From the NCBI GenBank assembly GCA_030141605.1, contig JAQGDQ010001082.1, forward strand, positions 19,289-64,587: 45,299 nucleotides of DNA, written 5' to 3'. Position 1 is the first letter of the stretch, and each line of letters starts with the position of its first letter. The notes below the pieces were generated by a model. The model ran no database searches. It was given only the letters and a program-made list of their open reading frames with translations, and was not told the origin of the DNA. The translations under genes and the position numbers were made by a program. The stretch is from Tubiluchus corallicola. Taxonomy: Eukaryota > Animalia > Priapulida. This document shows positions 13,271 through 26,495 of the stretch, one piece after another.

Positions 13271-13568
13271 CTGTAAATAAGTTTTCTTCTAACACTACGT
13301 TTAAAGAAGCCACTGCATCCATTGCAAGCGAGGATTCCATAATGTTTTCCACTTGACGTGTCTCCACATACCACGCAGACGAGTCCGGGGGAGGGTCGTT
13401 TGGGCGGCGGAGGTCCCATGCCTCTGCTAATGTCTACCGAAATCAACGGCGCATGCGTAGACTCGTGATGGCCATAGGGAGATCTGGAATCGCCCAGGGC
13501 AAACGGCGAGTTCGATTCTTGCTCGCTAGGTGGCGAGTGTGAGATTCTTGACAGAGGTGATGTCGAAC
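13271..13568 (-). CDS. NR2E3: NR2E3-like exon: Ser/Pro-rich A/B region plus first zinc finger
   Basis: Acceptor ttatcattgcag, 298 nt open, encoding [16 protein letters not shown]...[40 protein letters not shown]. Donor AG|gtatga. Confidence 0.94.
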
Positions 13569-13903
13569 CTGCAATGATAACATAAGTTGTTTATTTGTTT
13601 GCTCATTTCATTATTTATTTATTTATTGTTTATTTGTTTGTTTGTTGTGCATGTTGTGTTGTTTGATACTCAATCTGCCTTTATTTTTTACATACAGCAG
13701 TTTATTGATGTATTTTACCGATTACAATATGTTGATTTTTACAGTTGTTTTTTGTTGTGATGATGACAATGACGATGACTATGACGGTGATTAGCATTGT
13801 CATTATAATTACGTGTGAAATGTATAAAATATGTTCGTTCATTAACCGGTGTCGCTAAATTAAATTATCCTAATATGTAAAAGAATGTATATCTTATTAT
13901 TAA

Positions 13904-14125
<222 letters not shown>

Positions 14126-14127
14126 GT

Positions 14128-14483
14128 TGCCCCCTGGAGGGTGAGTCAGCGACATTTTAACAATTGGCACAAACATTTTAAATTATAATCTAGTTACGCA
14201 AGTCTTTCCAGCAGGTAAGCGAAATGCTAAGTCATATAAATTTGCATGAAAAGTTTTTTGGGGCATAATTTAACATTTCCTTTTCTTCCCGTGATTTACG
14301 TGGCGTAGTGACGTCATGCAATGGCGTCCTCGGAACAGTATTGCGGGAGATTTAAAATGAAAACAAACAAAAATTCCTTCCAACACGAGTACGATATGTG
14401 TATAAAATTGCTGTAAAGTAGTATAATTTTTTAAGGTGATTTTTCTGAAACCTACTTCAGGCGCCCCTTTTCTTGTCCTTTAA
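14128..14483 (+). mobile_element. Dispersed repeat family C (right part, ending ttttcttgtccTTTAA)
   Basis: 14130-14350 matches 19257-19490. Confidence 0.7.
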
Positions 14484-14964
14484 ATAAAAATTGGGTGTTT
14501 TGTGCAGTGCAGTTAAACAAGGAACTGGCTGCTTCATTTACTGCTTCCTTATAGTTTTGAAGCCAATTTCATTCGTTTTTCTATGTCTATAATATTATTA
14601 ATGACGTAGATATTTCTCTATTTTCTTATTCTTAATCAGGTGCCCCTTTTCTTATTCTTTAAGTTCTTCCCTCCGCATCTCTGCAAGACGGGTGGCTTCA
14701 GCTGGGTGGCTTCTCCCACCGCCGCCATCATGTCATCTTCCCTTCCCACTGATTAGATTATTCCGCCACACTTAACAGCCTCTCTCTACGCCATAATGAG
14801 TGATCTATGTAATTTCATTTATGCGTTAAGCCACAAGCACTTTGTCTTGATATCTCAATCCAGTCGCAATCATTGAAATAATGCCATTACCGTTACCGTC
14901 CCGCCATGACAGTTCTGAAGGCTGGATGCGCAGCAGTTGGAAAGCGTTTCAAAAATCATTAGAA

Positions 14965-15380
14965 CACACGTGTTTGGTAATAATCGATGATAAATCTATG
15001 AATGTTTTACGCAAAAAACAGGTGTTGTACCTCTCAGTTCAGATGTGTTCGTTTGTGACGAACTACACACTTTCAACAGCTAATGCGTGAACACAGCAGT
15101 GAATTTGACGACACGCTGAATATCTTACAGTAGCACTGTAATTCAATAGAACAAACATTTCTGGTAATAATCGATGATAAATCTATGAATGCTTTACGCA
15201 AAAAACAGGTGTTGTACCTCTCAGTTCAGATGTGTTCGTTTGTGACGAACTACATACTTTCAACAGCTAATGCGTGAACACAGCGGTGAATTTGACGACA
15301 CGCTGGATTTCTTACAGTAACACTGTAATTCATTAAAACAAACATTTTTGGTAATAATCGATGATAAATCTATGAATGAG
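14965..15380 (+). repeat. ~190-bp tandem duplication containing family B internal sequence
   Basis: caaaaaacaggtgttgtacctctcagttcag is present twice here and also at about 20455. Confidence 0.8.
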
Positions 15381-16158
15381 TTAGCAATGACAATTATATA
15401 TAGGCAACAGTTGATCATAAATCAATTTTTTCTATCGGGTTTCTTATCTGTGCATTTCTCTGCCAGAAAACTGTTTCCCTGAATACAATATAACAAAAAG
15501 AGCTTCAATAGATGTATGCTAATATTAACAAATTAGTCACGAGAATTCTGTCCTGACAAGTTTTTAAGTTTTTATATCATCTTTGCTTTATATTGGACCC
15601 CCTTGCTTTGTGTGGCCATTAATTCGTCTCGTATGAGGTGTTTTGTACAAAAATATAATATTAAACTAACCCAAACGGTACAAATATTTCGTTATACGAT
15701 GAGAACAATACGTTATAATGAGAACAATGGATAAGCAAAGTTGTCTGAACGAATTCCCGTTGTTTTGCTCCCATTACGAGGTTATGTTTAACATCTTACA
15801 TCCGTTTCCGGTTAATTTGTGCTGGCGCTGGATGACGTCTCCGTCAGAAGAGCTGGCGCGTTAATTATCAATCATAATGGAATCAGAGACGCTAATGGCT
15901 CCGCAGCAGTGGGGAGTAGAAATCCTGAAGCATCAGCTGTGAGAGGCAGAGATATTTGCAAAGAGCAATAGAAGCTCTGGAAGCTGAAGATTCAAGAAGA
16001 AGAGAAGGCAATTTTAAAGGCGGTCCCCAAAAAATCTAGGCACGTTTGTGTAGCTTTGCATTACGTCTACCCGTTTGAAAGTACAGTAAAGTGTGTGCCA
16101 TTAATTGCTCGAAATTTTCTTTTATGTTTTAAACAATTTTATCTAAACTTGTTTCAAT

Positions 16159-16290
16159 TGGAACGGATTTGAACATAGGATGGAACTGCACATAGAATGG
16201 AACGGATTTGAACATAGGATGGAACTGCACATAGAATGGAACGGATTTGAACATAGGATGGAACTGCACATAGTATGGAACGGCTCAAAC
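16159..16290. repeat. 39-bp tandem repeat, 3 copies
   Basis: Unit tggaacggatttgaacataggatggaactgcacatagaa. Confidence 0.92.
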
Positions 16291-16319
16291 ACAGTATCGA
16301 CGATAATATTAAAAAAACA

Positions 16320-17805
16320 ACATACAAACAAAAGCACAATAATAACATACTAACAGAATCACAATACTATAAAGTATAATAATAACATACTAACAGAATC
16401 ACAATACTATAAAGTATAATAATAACGCACTAACAAAAGCACAATAATAACGCACTAACAAAAGCACAATAATAACGCACTGACAAAAGCACAATAATAA
16501 CGCACTAACAAAAGCACAATAATAACATGCTAACAAAACCACAATAATAACATATTAATTAAGGCACAATAATAACATACTAACAAAAGCACAATAATGA
16601 CATACTAACAAACGCACAATAATAACATACTAACAAAAGCACAATAATAACATACTAACAAAAGCACAATAATGAAATATTAACTAAACCACAATAATGA
16701 CATGCTAACAAAAGCACAATAATAACACACTAACAAAAGCACAATAACGACATATAGCAAAAGCACAATAATAACACACTAACAAATTCACAAAAATAAC
16801 ATACTAACAAAAGCACCTTAATAAAATATTAACTAAAGCACAATAATGACATATTAACAAAAGCACAATAACGACATATAGCAAAAGCACAATAATAACA
16901 TACTAACAAAAGCACAATAATAAAATATTAACCGAAGCACAATAATAACATACTAACAAAAGCACAATAATAAAATATTAACTGAAGCACAATAATAAAA
17001 CATTAACTAAAGCACAATAAGAACATACAAACAAATGCACAATAATAACATACTAACAAATGCACAATAATAAAATATTAACTGAAGCACAATAATAAAA
17101 CATTAACTAAAGCACAATAATAACATACAAACAAATGCACAATAATAACATACTAACAAAAGCACAATAATAACATACTAACAAAAGCACAATAACGACA
17201 TACTAACAAAAGCACAATAATAACATACTAACAAAAGCACAATAATAACATACTAACAAAAGCACAATAATAACATACTAACAAAAGCACAATAATAACA
17301 TACTAACAAAAGCACAATAATAACATACTAACAAAAGCACAATAATAACATACTAACAAAAGCACAATAATAACAAACTAACAAAAGCACAATAATAACA
17401 TACTAACAAAAGCACAATAATAATATACTAACAAATGCACAATAATAACATACTAACAAAAGCACAATAATAACATACTAACAAAAGCACAATAATAACA
17501 TACTAACAAAAGCACAACAATAACATACTAACAAAAGCACAACAACGACATACTAACAAAAGCACAATAATAGCATACTAACAAAAGCACAATAATAACA
17601 CACTAACAAAATCACAATAATAACATACAAACAAATGCACAATAATAACATACTAACAAAAGCACAATAATAACATACTAACAAAAGCACAATAATAACA
17701 TACTAACAAAAGCACAATAACAACATACTAACAAAAGCACAATAATAACATACTAACAAAAGCACAATAATAACGCACTAACAAAAGCACAATAATGACA
17801 CATAA
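16320..17805. repeat. 25-bp minisatellite (acaaaagcacaataataacatacta), nearly 60 copies
   Basis: Period 25. Confidence 0.97.
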
Positions 17806-18939
17806 CATGTAGGAAGCCATGCCGTAAGTAGGTTCTTATAAAACACTGTTCAAAATTTTCAGTTAAATCAATCTAATTATTACAGCATTACAGGTAAAAT
17901 GTTTCTCAGCTGACAGGAAAAGTAACAATATTTTTCAGCAATTCCTCTGTAGTTTCAAACTACAATACAAACATCAATTACAACAATTTCAAGCCCTTTG
18001 TTTGTAAGCAATGAAAACCCGTAGGCTTAATCCATTTTATTTCTGATGTTGCAAAACATCGATTAAATTTAATCGATTTAAAAATAATTTCCAGACATTA
18101 TTGGCGCATTTTCTTGTAATTAAGATAAACTGATTACGTCTGTAATTATTAAGTAATTGTTTTAGCAAACATAACGGATTTTTCTACTCCGTGAGGTTAT
18201 TATGATAATTTTTACTGAAATCCAATTACGGAGTTTGAAATAATTCAATTAATTAAACAAAGATATTCGATCAAAAGCGGCCATACTTCTGCAGAGCCGT
18301 TTGATAAAAACTGAAAAAATAAAAAGAAATTTCACCAGTAACGCGTAGCGAACTCCCGTTTTTATATACAAAGCTGTATATTTGATGCTTATAAAAACCA
18401 GGATGTGTTCACGTGCTGGTAAATAAACATGGAATTGATAGGAAAAAAATAAAATTGAATAAAACCAACATAATTAGAACAAACTCGATTAAGATTTCCT
18501 GATTTTGATGTGGAGTACTAAGGTTATGTTTGCATTTGTGTTAATAAAGTTAATTTTGTGTTAATAAAGTTAATTTTGTGTTAATAAAGTTAATTTTGTG
18601 TTAATGAGCAAAACGGAAAATTTCACAAATTGAGAATTTTGTGTCAAACCGATAATTAAAAAATCAATAATAACGATTTCAATAAAAACTACATTTGCTA
18701 CTGTATAAGAACTGTCATTGAATATTTATGAACATATTTTCTGTCCGTGTTACTTTCATTAATAATGTCGTGGAAAGTTGTTGTAATGTCCCATATTATT
18801 CTAAATATTTTTATATTGTATCTGTGAAACCGCGTCATAGATACGTTTGCTGCGTTGTTACAAAGCAATCTCTATATCAGTTCGTGAACAGACTAAATCG
18901 AAAAGCCACGATACTAGTACTATTTTATTAACAAGATAT

Positions 18940-19492
18940 AAAGGCACAAGAAAACCCTCCATTTACATCCTGTTTAAAAATTCGTCTTGAAATTTTATAC
19001 TACTTACATACTGCCTTTTTGCTTGCAGGGCTTGCGCCGGCAGCAATGCTGTATAAAACTTAAACTCCCGCGATGACCGTTAGACGCAGCCATTTTAACG
19101 ATAAGTCATTTGAAATATGTTTAGAAAACATTTTGTAAAGTTTGAAAAAATAATCAGAGCATTCGTAGCGCACAAGTCACTAACTAAATAAAATTTAAAA
19201 TTACTGTATCTTGTCAATAAGATTAAAAATACGTTTTTTGGTTACTGAGTGGTGCACCCTGGAGGGTGAGTCAGCGACATTTTATCAATTGGTGAAAACA
19301 TTTTAAATAATTAATAATTTTCTTTTCTAGTTACATAAGTCTTTCTAGCAGGTAAGCGAAAATCTAAGCAATATAGATTCGCAGGGAAAGTCTTTTGAGA
19401 TATAATTTAACATTGCCTTTTCTTCCCCTGATTTGCATTGTGCGTGTATGACGTCATGTAATGGCGCCGTCGGAACAGTATTGCGGGCAGTT
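18940..19492 (+). mobile_element. Dispersed repeat family C (left part)
   Basis: Begins taaaggcacaagaaaa, an inverted match to the 14483 end. It shares about 230 bp with 14130-14350. Confidence 0.6.
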
Positions 19493-20232
19493 TACTGTTT
19501 AACTCGTATTCTTATGTGGGCAGTTTGTTTTTTTGCATTTTTTCGTGAATTTGTTTTTGCGTATGTATGTCTGTATTTTTATTCTTACGTAATATTGCGT
19601 GAAAAATAAAAAAAAATTACGTATTTTCTATTTTCGCAAATATAGTATAGCAGTTACGTTTGGTTTATGTTCTTGGCAAATTCTAAAATCGTTTTTGTAT
19701 GTAATTGTATGTTTGTTGATTTTAACGCCTAATGGCAATACAAGAGCTTTAACTAAACTCATAGGCGTGCGAGACGGAGCTGTGGGGTTGGGGGTGGCTG
19801 CTAAAGGGTAGTTATTTCCGGGGGCAGATGATTCTATTTTATAGTTTTAAAATTAATTTTAATATTTCAGTATTCAAAAATTTTCACTTCTTTTTACTGG
19901 TTGCAATTAAAGTTTTTCATGTACAATGAATTGTTTCTTAACTTTTAACAATTTTGAGGTTAATAATTGTACGTATTAACGTAATTAAATGCACGTATAA
20001 TCAAAAATGTGCAAACATTCTACCTAGTGTTTGTCTGTTTAATAATAATAGTAGCTGCTATCAGTCACTAAACCACGTTAAATTTTTTATACACATTTTA
20101 ACTTCATGTTTAAGTTAATGTTCATGTTCATGTTCATGTTCATGTTCATGTTCATGTTAAATACTATAAAGATTACAGATGTGTTTGCAAAAGTAAAGCA
20201 AAGACCGCCACGATCATTCATATTGAATTTAA

Positions 20233-20825
20233 AGCAAAACCGGATCCAATCTTAAACTATAGGTCTGATAGATTGATAGATTTATGGATATTGATAGAAA
20301 ACTTACTATTTTTTTTCAAAAATGACTTACGTGAAAGAATTATTACCACACAAACACAATTTCACGTTCGCGCCACTAGTTCTTCACTGTTAGATGCATT
20401 TCAACATTCACTAGTTAGACAGGCACTAGCGCCTGCATCTCTGAAACACATTGCACAAAAAACAGGTGTTGTACCTCTCAGTTCACCTCACAGTTTGTAA
20501 CGAACTTCACACGTTCGGCAGCTAATGCGTAAATTTGAAATTTGAATTTTTATCTTAAAACATACCTAGTTTTAGTACAAAACACTGAATATCTTACAGT
20601 AGCACTGTACTGCAATTTTCTCTTTCGCAAACACGTGCAACACGCTCGCGGAATATTTTTCATGTTGAAAATTATGTTAGTTTGTGATGTCATCACTAGT
20701 TGGGCTCCCGCGCCGTTAATTAAGTTTTTAATTTACAATTTAATTATCAGCAACGCTTTTGCAGTAATACAGAAATAATCAGATTGAAAACGGAGTAGCA
20801 CATGAAAAATCATTCTGTCCTTTGA
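20233..20825 (+). mobile_element. TTAA-type MITE, family B
   Basis: Collinear with 25931-26495. It starts ttaaagcaaaaccgga and ends catgaaaaatcattctgtccttt. Confidence 0.7.
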
Positions 20826-21208
20826 GAAACATTAAAAACAACTGAACTGAGAGGTACAACACCTGTTTTTGTGCAAGTATTTGCACGTTTGCTTACTGAA
20901 AAATACAGAACTTTGGTTTATGTTGTTTTAGACTCATAGTTTTCTGTCAGCAAAGATCTAGATTTCTTGCATTACTACTGTAATTACTATTACATTAAAT
21001 CCAGTGTAAATGTGTAGAATAATAAAGAAGCATAGATTTATAGACCTGTAATAACTGCAACTGTTCTGTTTATAAATAATCAGTTTATATCCTATATAAT
21101 TATGTGCCCTGTCATTTGAACTTATTTGAAATCATTCAGACTTGTGAAAATTCTTAAAATTGAAAATTCAAATATCTCTCTGCCCCGTTAAGAAATTTTC
21201 TCCAATTT

Positions 21209-21620
21209 TATAACAAACTGACCTATTATAGGGTTAACATGACATAACAAACTAACCTATTATAGGGTTAACATCACATAACAGACTGACCATTTATAGG
21301 GTTAACATCACATAACAAACTAACCTATTATAAGATTAACATCACATAACAGACTGACCATTTATAGGGTTAACATGACATAACAAACTGAGCTTTTATA
21401 GGGTTAACATGACATAACAAACTGACCTTTTATAGGGTTAGCATGACATAACAGACTCACCTATTATATTGTTAACATCACATAACAGACTGACCTATTA
21501 TAGGGTAACATGACATAACAAACTAACCTATTATAGGGTAATCATGACATAACAAACTAACCTATTATAGGATTAACATCACATAACAAACTAAGCTACT
21601 ATAGGGTTAACATGACATGA
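21209..21620. repeat. 34-bp minisatellite (ataacaaactgacctattatagggttaacatgac), about 12 copies
   Basis: Direct inspection. Confidence 0.95.
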
Positions 21621-22369
21621 TAAACGCTTTGATTTTTTTACTTTTTCGGCTATAATGCACTAGACCACCATTTTAAGACCCTCTGTGGTGTTTACCAATG
21701 CAGTTTTTACTAAAACTTTGAGTATCTTTTCCACTAAAACTATCTGTACTGCTGTAATAACTGTAACACTACACTAATTGTATTAATTCCACATGTATTG
21801 GATTTCTGAATTAAGTAGCAACATTGTACTTACATTACATTAATACAAATGTACAATTACACTTACAATAAGTATAATGTTAAGTACATTACATTAATAC
21901 AAATGTACAATTACACTTACAATAAGTATAATGTTAAGTACATTACATTATAATGTACAGCTTATACTTTGCATGAGCTTATAGGCTGTTATCGTATCTA
22001 TTGTATGTGTTTTGTAAATTTTAATTAAGTATTAACTAATATACTAGTCGTATTTTTGAGCTAACTATTTTGAGTTATTACATACTCGAACTAACTAATT
22101 GTAAATTTTAATTAAGTATTAACTAATGAACTAGTCGTATTTTTGAATTAAGTATTTTGAGTTACTGCATACTCGAACTAACTAATGGTATATTTCATCA
22201 CTGCACATAGTGGAAATACTGTGATCAGTAATAGTTACTGCGTTGTAAATCCACACAAAATAAATAAAGTTTATATATATGATACTTTGAGTTCATTATA
22301 TGAAATGTAGTTACATTTTATTCCGTTTTATTTATAATAATTTACTCTTTAATAACTATTACATCTTAC

Positions 22370-22433
22370 CTATTGTTTGATCTGGAGCCGGAGGGGAAGT
22401 AGTTTGTTGATTTCCGGATCCTGTGTTATTCAT
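22370..22433 (-). CDS. NR2E3: Putative first coding exon of the NR2E3-like gene (MNNTGSGNQQTTSPPAPDQTI-G)
   Basis: ATG at 22433 with an in-frame TGA just upstream. The 64-nt exon ends AG|GTAAGA in phase 1, matching the phase-1 acceptor at 13568. Non-repetitive, GC-richer sequence lies upstream. There is no homology support. Confidence 0.6.
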
Positions 22434-22439
22434 CTCGAA

Positions 22440-22720
22440 ACTTCAATTACTTCTATTAACTCTTTCTCTTCTCACATCGCCTTTAAGAGCGCCTATTTAA
22501 CTGGCTAAACGCCAAACAACGTTGCTGGTTCAGGCTCCTTGACGGAAGCTGAAGAAAATTTGATTTCCTCTTCCTAGCTCAGGTGATCTCTCTCCGCGCT
22601 CGAAGCCACCCTCCCACATCACGATAACTGCGCAGCGTCACGAAGCCGGCAGACCAATAAACGTCGAGATTGTTAATGCCAGCACGCCACGGAGTCGAGG
22701 GGCAGGACATCAGAAGCAAA
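22440..22720 (-). promoter_or_regulatory. Candidate 5'UTR/proximal promoter of the NR2E3-like gene
   Basis: Unique, CpG-containing sequence directly upstream of the putative ATG exon. A CCAAT box lies near 22654 and a TATA-like TTAAATA on the minus strand near 22500. Confidence 0.35.
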
Positions 22721-23600
22721 GACTGGCTTCCTGAGTAGTGGAGATGTGTAGCGTTCTGACAGAAGCAGAGAATAGAGAGGAAAGTAGTGGAGACGGGAAG
22801 TGTTTAGATTAAAAAACAGAGAATTGGCTCAAAAGTAGTGGAGACGGGAAGTGTTTAGATTAAAAAACAGAGAATTGGCTCAAAAGTAGTGGAGATGGGA
22901 AGTGTTTAGATTAAAAAACAGAGAATTGGCTCAAAAGTAGTGGAGACGGGTAGTGTTTAGATTAAAAAACAGAGAATTGGTTCAAAAGTAGTGGAGACGG
23001 GAAGTGTTTAGATTAAAAAACAGAGAGTTGGCTCAAAAATAGTGGAGACGGGAAGTGTTTAGACAGAAGCAGAGACTGCCTTCGAAAGTAGTGCATATGC
23101 GAAGCGTTTAGACAGAATAAGAAAACGGCTTTAAAAGTAGTGGGGATGCGAAGCGTTTAGACAGAATAAGAAAACGGCTTTAAAAGTAGTGGGGATGCGA
23201 AGCGTTTAGACAAAAGCAGAAAACTAGTTTAAGAGTAATGGGGTGTAGCGTATATGAAAATGGCTTTGAAAGTAAGAGAAATGGGGTCATTTATAAAAAA
23301 AAAACATAAGCTGGTTCCAAAAATATAAATGAATGACTAGAATATCAGGCAGAAATTACGGCGAGGCTAGCACACTGGATTTAAACGTAGTAAGGACGCG
23401 TTGTATATAGACAGAAGAACAACTGATTTCAAGAGTAGTGAAGGCCGAGATGTGTTTAGACGAAAGCAAACACTGGCTTCAGCGAGGATGTAGTGAGGAT
23501 GTGCCGCGTTTAGACAGAACCAGGTAAGCTCAAGAACTAGTGGACGCAGAGAGCAGCAAAAATTCATTTCCCGAGTAGTAGAGATGCGATGCATACTGTC
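22705..23600. repeat. 51-bp minisatellite with a homogeneous core and degenerate flanks
   Basis: Core 22780-23062 has period 51; decayed units lie on both sides. Confidence 0.88.
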
Positions 23601-24769
23601 ATCGGAAACAAAAACTGTCATCGCATTTATAACATCATTGTCTGATGGCTTAGACCTAAGTAATATATATAGAGTTAAGTAATATATATATAGACTTAAG
23701 TACACAAGCTGTTATATTACACATTTAATAGCATAGTTTAAAACAAATTTAAAACTACCACAAAAATTGGTGCTCAAAAAGACTTCAGATTGGCATCAAT
23801 GGGTTAACAGGTGCACCTAGTTTGACACTGGCACTTTGCGTCAGATGGTTTCACTAGTAAACCATGCTAAGGAGTCGTGGGTAAAGGCTGGTTCAAACTG
23901 TTTCCAGACACCATGGATTGAGGTGCAGCAAATCGTATGCAGATCAGTAGGCAGACAGTATAATAGTCAAATAATCACCACTGTCTACTACATAGCATAG
24001 AATCTCATTCTCCTCATAGTCAAATGCTCATTTATCAAAATAAAATTAATATTAATTTTGAGATGTACTTCCTTTCAAACTGAATTTCAAAACTCAAAGT
24101 TCAAAACGCATCAGAACTGCATTGTTTACGACATTTTATACATCTTCTATTGAAGCTATTGAAGCTATTGAATTACTTAAGGTCTTATCCTTTGGTTATG
24201 TATCAAACGAAATTATTATCATTAGTTATCATATCACACAATTATCATATAATTACTGTGTTTTTTGCAAAAACATTATTTAATGATAACGCGTTCCAGA
24301 ACATGGGCTGGCATAACAGGCCATAGATCATTTTAACCATTATAATTCGATGATCTACCACTACGCGGCGCTGTCTGATGTTCTTCTAGTTTACATGCAA
24401 AGTGACAATGACAGACGAGTCAATCGTATTAGTCAGCCACGTAATTCTATTTGTGCTAAAAAGCCGACGAAGCATAGATGATTATCTTCAACTTGGTGGT
24501 TTTCAAAACTTTCATATGTAAAACAAAAGAGGCGAAATCAAATTTGAGCCTCCATCTCTGTCAATAGTGATGTCGTCTAATGTATTGTAATTCAGAGCCG
24601 TGTGAATTCTTACATACGTAGATTGAAAAGTGGCAATGATGCGTGAAAGAAATGGAGTAGCAACGAAAATTTAAAAATAATAACAAGTTTTTTAGGTTTT
24701 AGCATCAAGCAGTCCGTGCATGTTGATGAAATTATAGCAATTAATGAGTATTTTTTTTAAAAAAAGCTT

Positions 24770-25252
24770 TATCATGTCCTATGAGTCTTCAAATATAAGT
24801 GTTCTTTGTAGTTCATAGACATAATTGTAAAGAAGTTACTGATGACGACATTAATGTCTTATGGGTCTTCAATATAAGTGTTCGTCGTAGTTCATAGGCA
24901 AAATAGTGAAGAAGTTGGTGATGACGACATTAATGTCTTATGAGTCTTCAAATATAAGTGTTCGTCGTAGTTCATAGACATAATTGTAAAGAAGTTGGTG
25001 ATGACGACATTAATGTCTTATGAGTCTTCAAATATAAGTGTTCGTCGTAGTTCATAGGCATAATAGTAAAGAAGTTGGTGATAACGACATTAATGTCTTA
25101 TGAGTCTTCAAATATAAGTATCGTCGTAGTTCATAGGCATAATAGCAAAGAAGTTACTGATGACGACATTAATGTCTTATGAGTCTTCAAATATAAGTGT
25201 TCGTCGTAGTTCATAGGCATAATAGTAAAGAAGTTGGTGATGACGACATTAA
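24770..25252. repeat. ~80-bp tandem repeat, 6 copies
   Basis: Unit gatgacgacattaatgtcttatgagtcttcaaatataagtg... Confidence 0.95.
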
Positions 25253-25392
25253 CAGTGTGATAAAACTGATGTGTGATTTTCAGTTCCATTTGCAATTATC
25301 TAAATCCTTTATTTGGCAGCATGTAGAGATTTGTTCGTAAAAAGTTCCTCACTGGTAGTGAGAATATTTGTACTACTTGTCCTTTTGTTTAA

Positions 25393-25926
25393 AGGAAAAC
25401 CGGACGATTGTTTAGACTCAATCTCATTTTAATTTACAGTCCAAATATACATTTTCTTGCCTATAAAAGTTAACAGTTGTTCCTTATATTTGAATAATTA
25501 GCTTAGAAGGTTAATTAATGGCAACCGAACACAGCTGTTGCTTACGTCACAAACTAACCACAGTTTGTGCAATGGTAGGCGTCTTCCCTTGCGCGTCAAG
25601 CATGTTTGCGTAAGTGTTATTGTTTAACCGCATGATGTCACGAAAATGGGCTCTACATCATATGCCGTCAGAAACTTACACTGCAGTTCATGGTCATGCT
25701 TATCTTGGTAGCGCCTTCTATTTGTCGGCTGCGCGAATGTGACATAAAGGCGCCGTTGCCAATCTTAGTAGATTCACTGAGCCGTGCGTAGCTTTTAACA
25801 AAATTTGAGTATCCGAGGTAATTAAAATTTGATATAAGCTTTGATTTAAAAACGCTATTGTAGTTTTAAACTTTTTAGAGCATTTTTTATTCTGAACTAA
25901 TGTCTACACAATCGTCTAGTTTTCTT
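25393..25926 (+). mobile_element. TTAA-flanked MITE, family A (Kolobok-like termini)
   Basis: TTAA|aggaaaaccggacgattgtttagac ... gtctacacaatcgtctagttttctt|TTAA. Other copies occur at 44518 and 45057. Confidence 0.85.
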
Positions 25927-25930
25927 TTAA

Positions 25931-26495
25931 TGAAAACCGGTCCTAATCTTAAACTCTAGCTCAAAACAGACTAATCTATATACTATTTTTCAAAGGGAAC
26001 ATACTATTTTTCAAGAATGACTTACGTGAAAGAATTATTACTACAGAAACGTAATGTTTACGCAGTTAGCTCTTCGCTGTTACATGCTTTTCGCGTTTCG
26101 CTGGATAGACGGGCTCCAGCTCCTGCATCTCTGAAATGACTGCACAAAAACAGGCACTGCTCTACTCAGTTCAGAGGTGTTAAGTTGTGACGTAGTGCAC
26201 ACGTTCCAAAGCTTATGTGTAATCATAAAGCATTAAAACTGGAATTTGAATTGCAGCCTCAAAATTTGTCGAGTTTTTGTACTGTAGTACACTAACACTG
26301 TACTTCAATTTTCGTTTTCTCAAACACTTGTGAACAATTTGTGCTGCTGAAAATTATGTTCGTTTGTGATGTCATCACTAGTTGGGCTCAACTTATTACC
26401 TAATTATCAGAAACTCTTTGACGTTCTCATAGTTGTTAAATGCATACCTTTACTGTACTTCAAAATGGGGTATGATATGAAAAATCACCCTGCTA
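25931..26495 (+). mobile_element. Family B MITE abutting family A at a shared TTAA
   Basis: Similar to 20233-20825 (aatgacttacgtgaaagaattatta; gtttgtgatgtcatcactagttgggctc). Confidence 0.7.

Noticed and set aside
19011-19093. Possible alternative first exon on the minus strand (MAASNGHRGS...KG, phase-1 GTATGT donor)
   Set aside because: It lies inside the apparent family C repeat and has no homology support; the 22370-22433 exon has a better donor and context.
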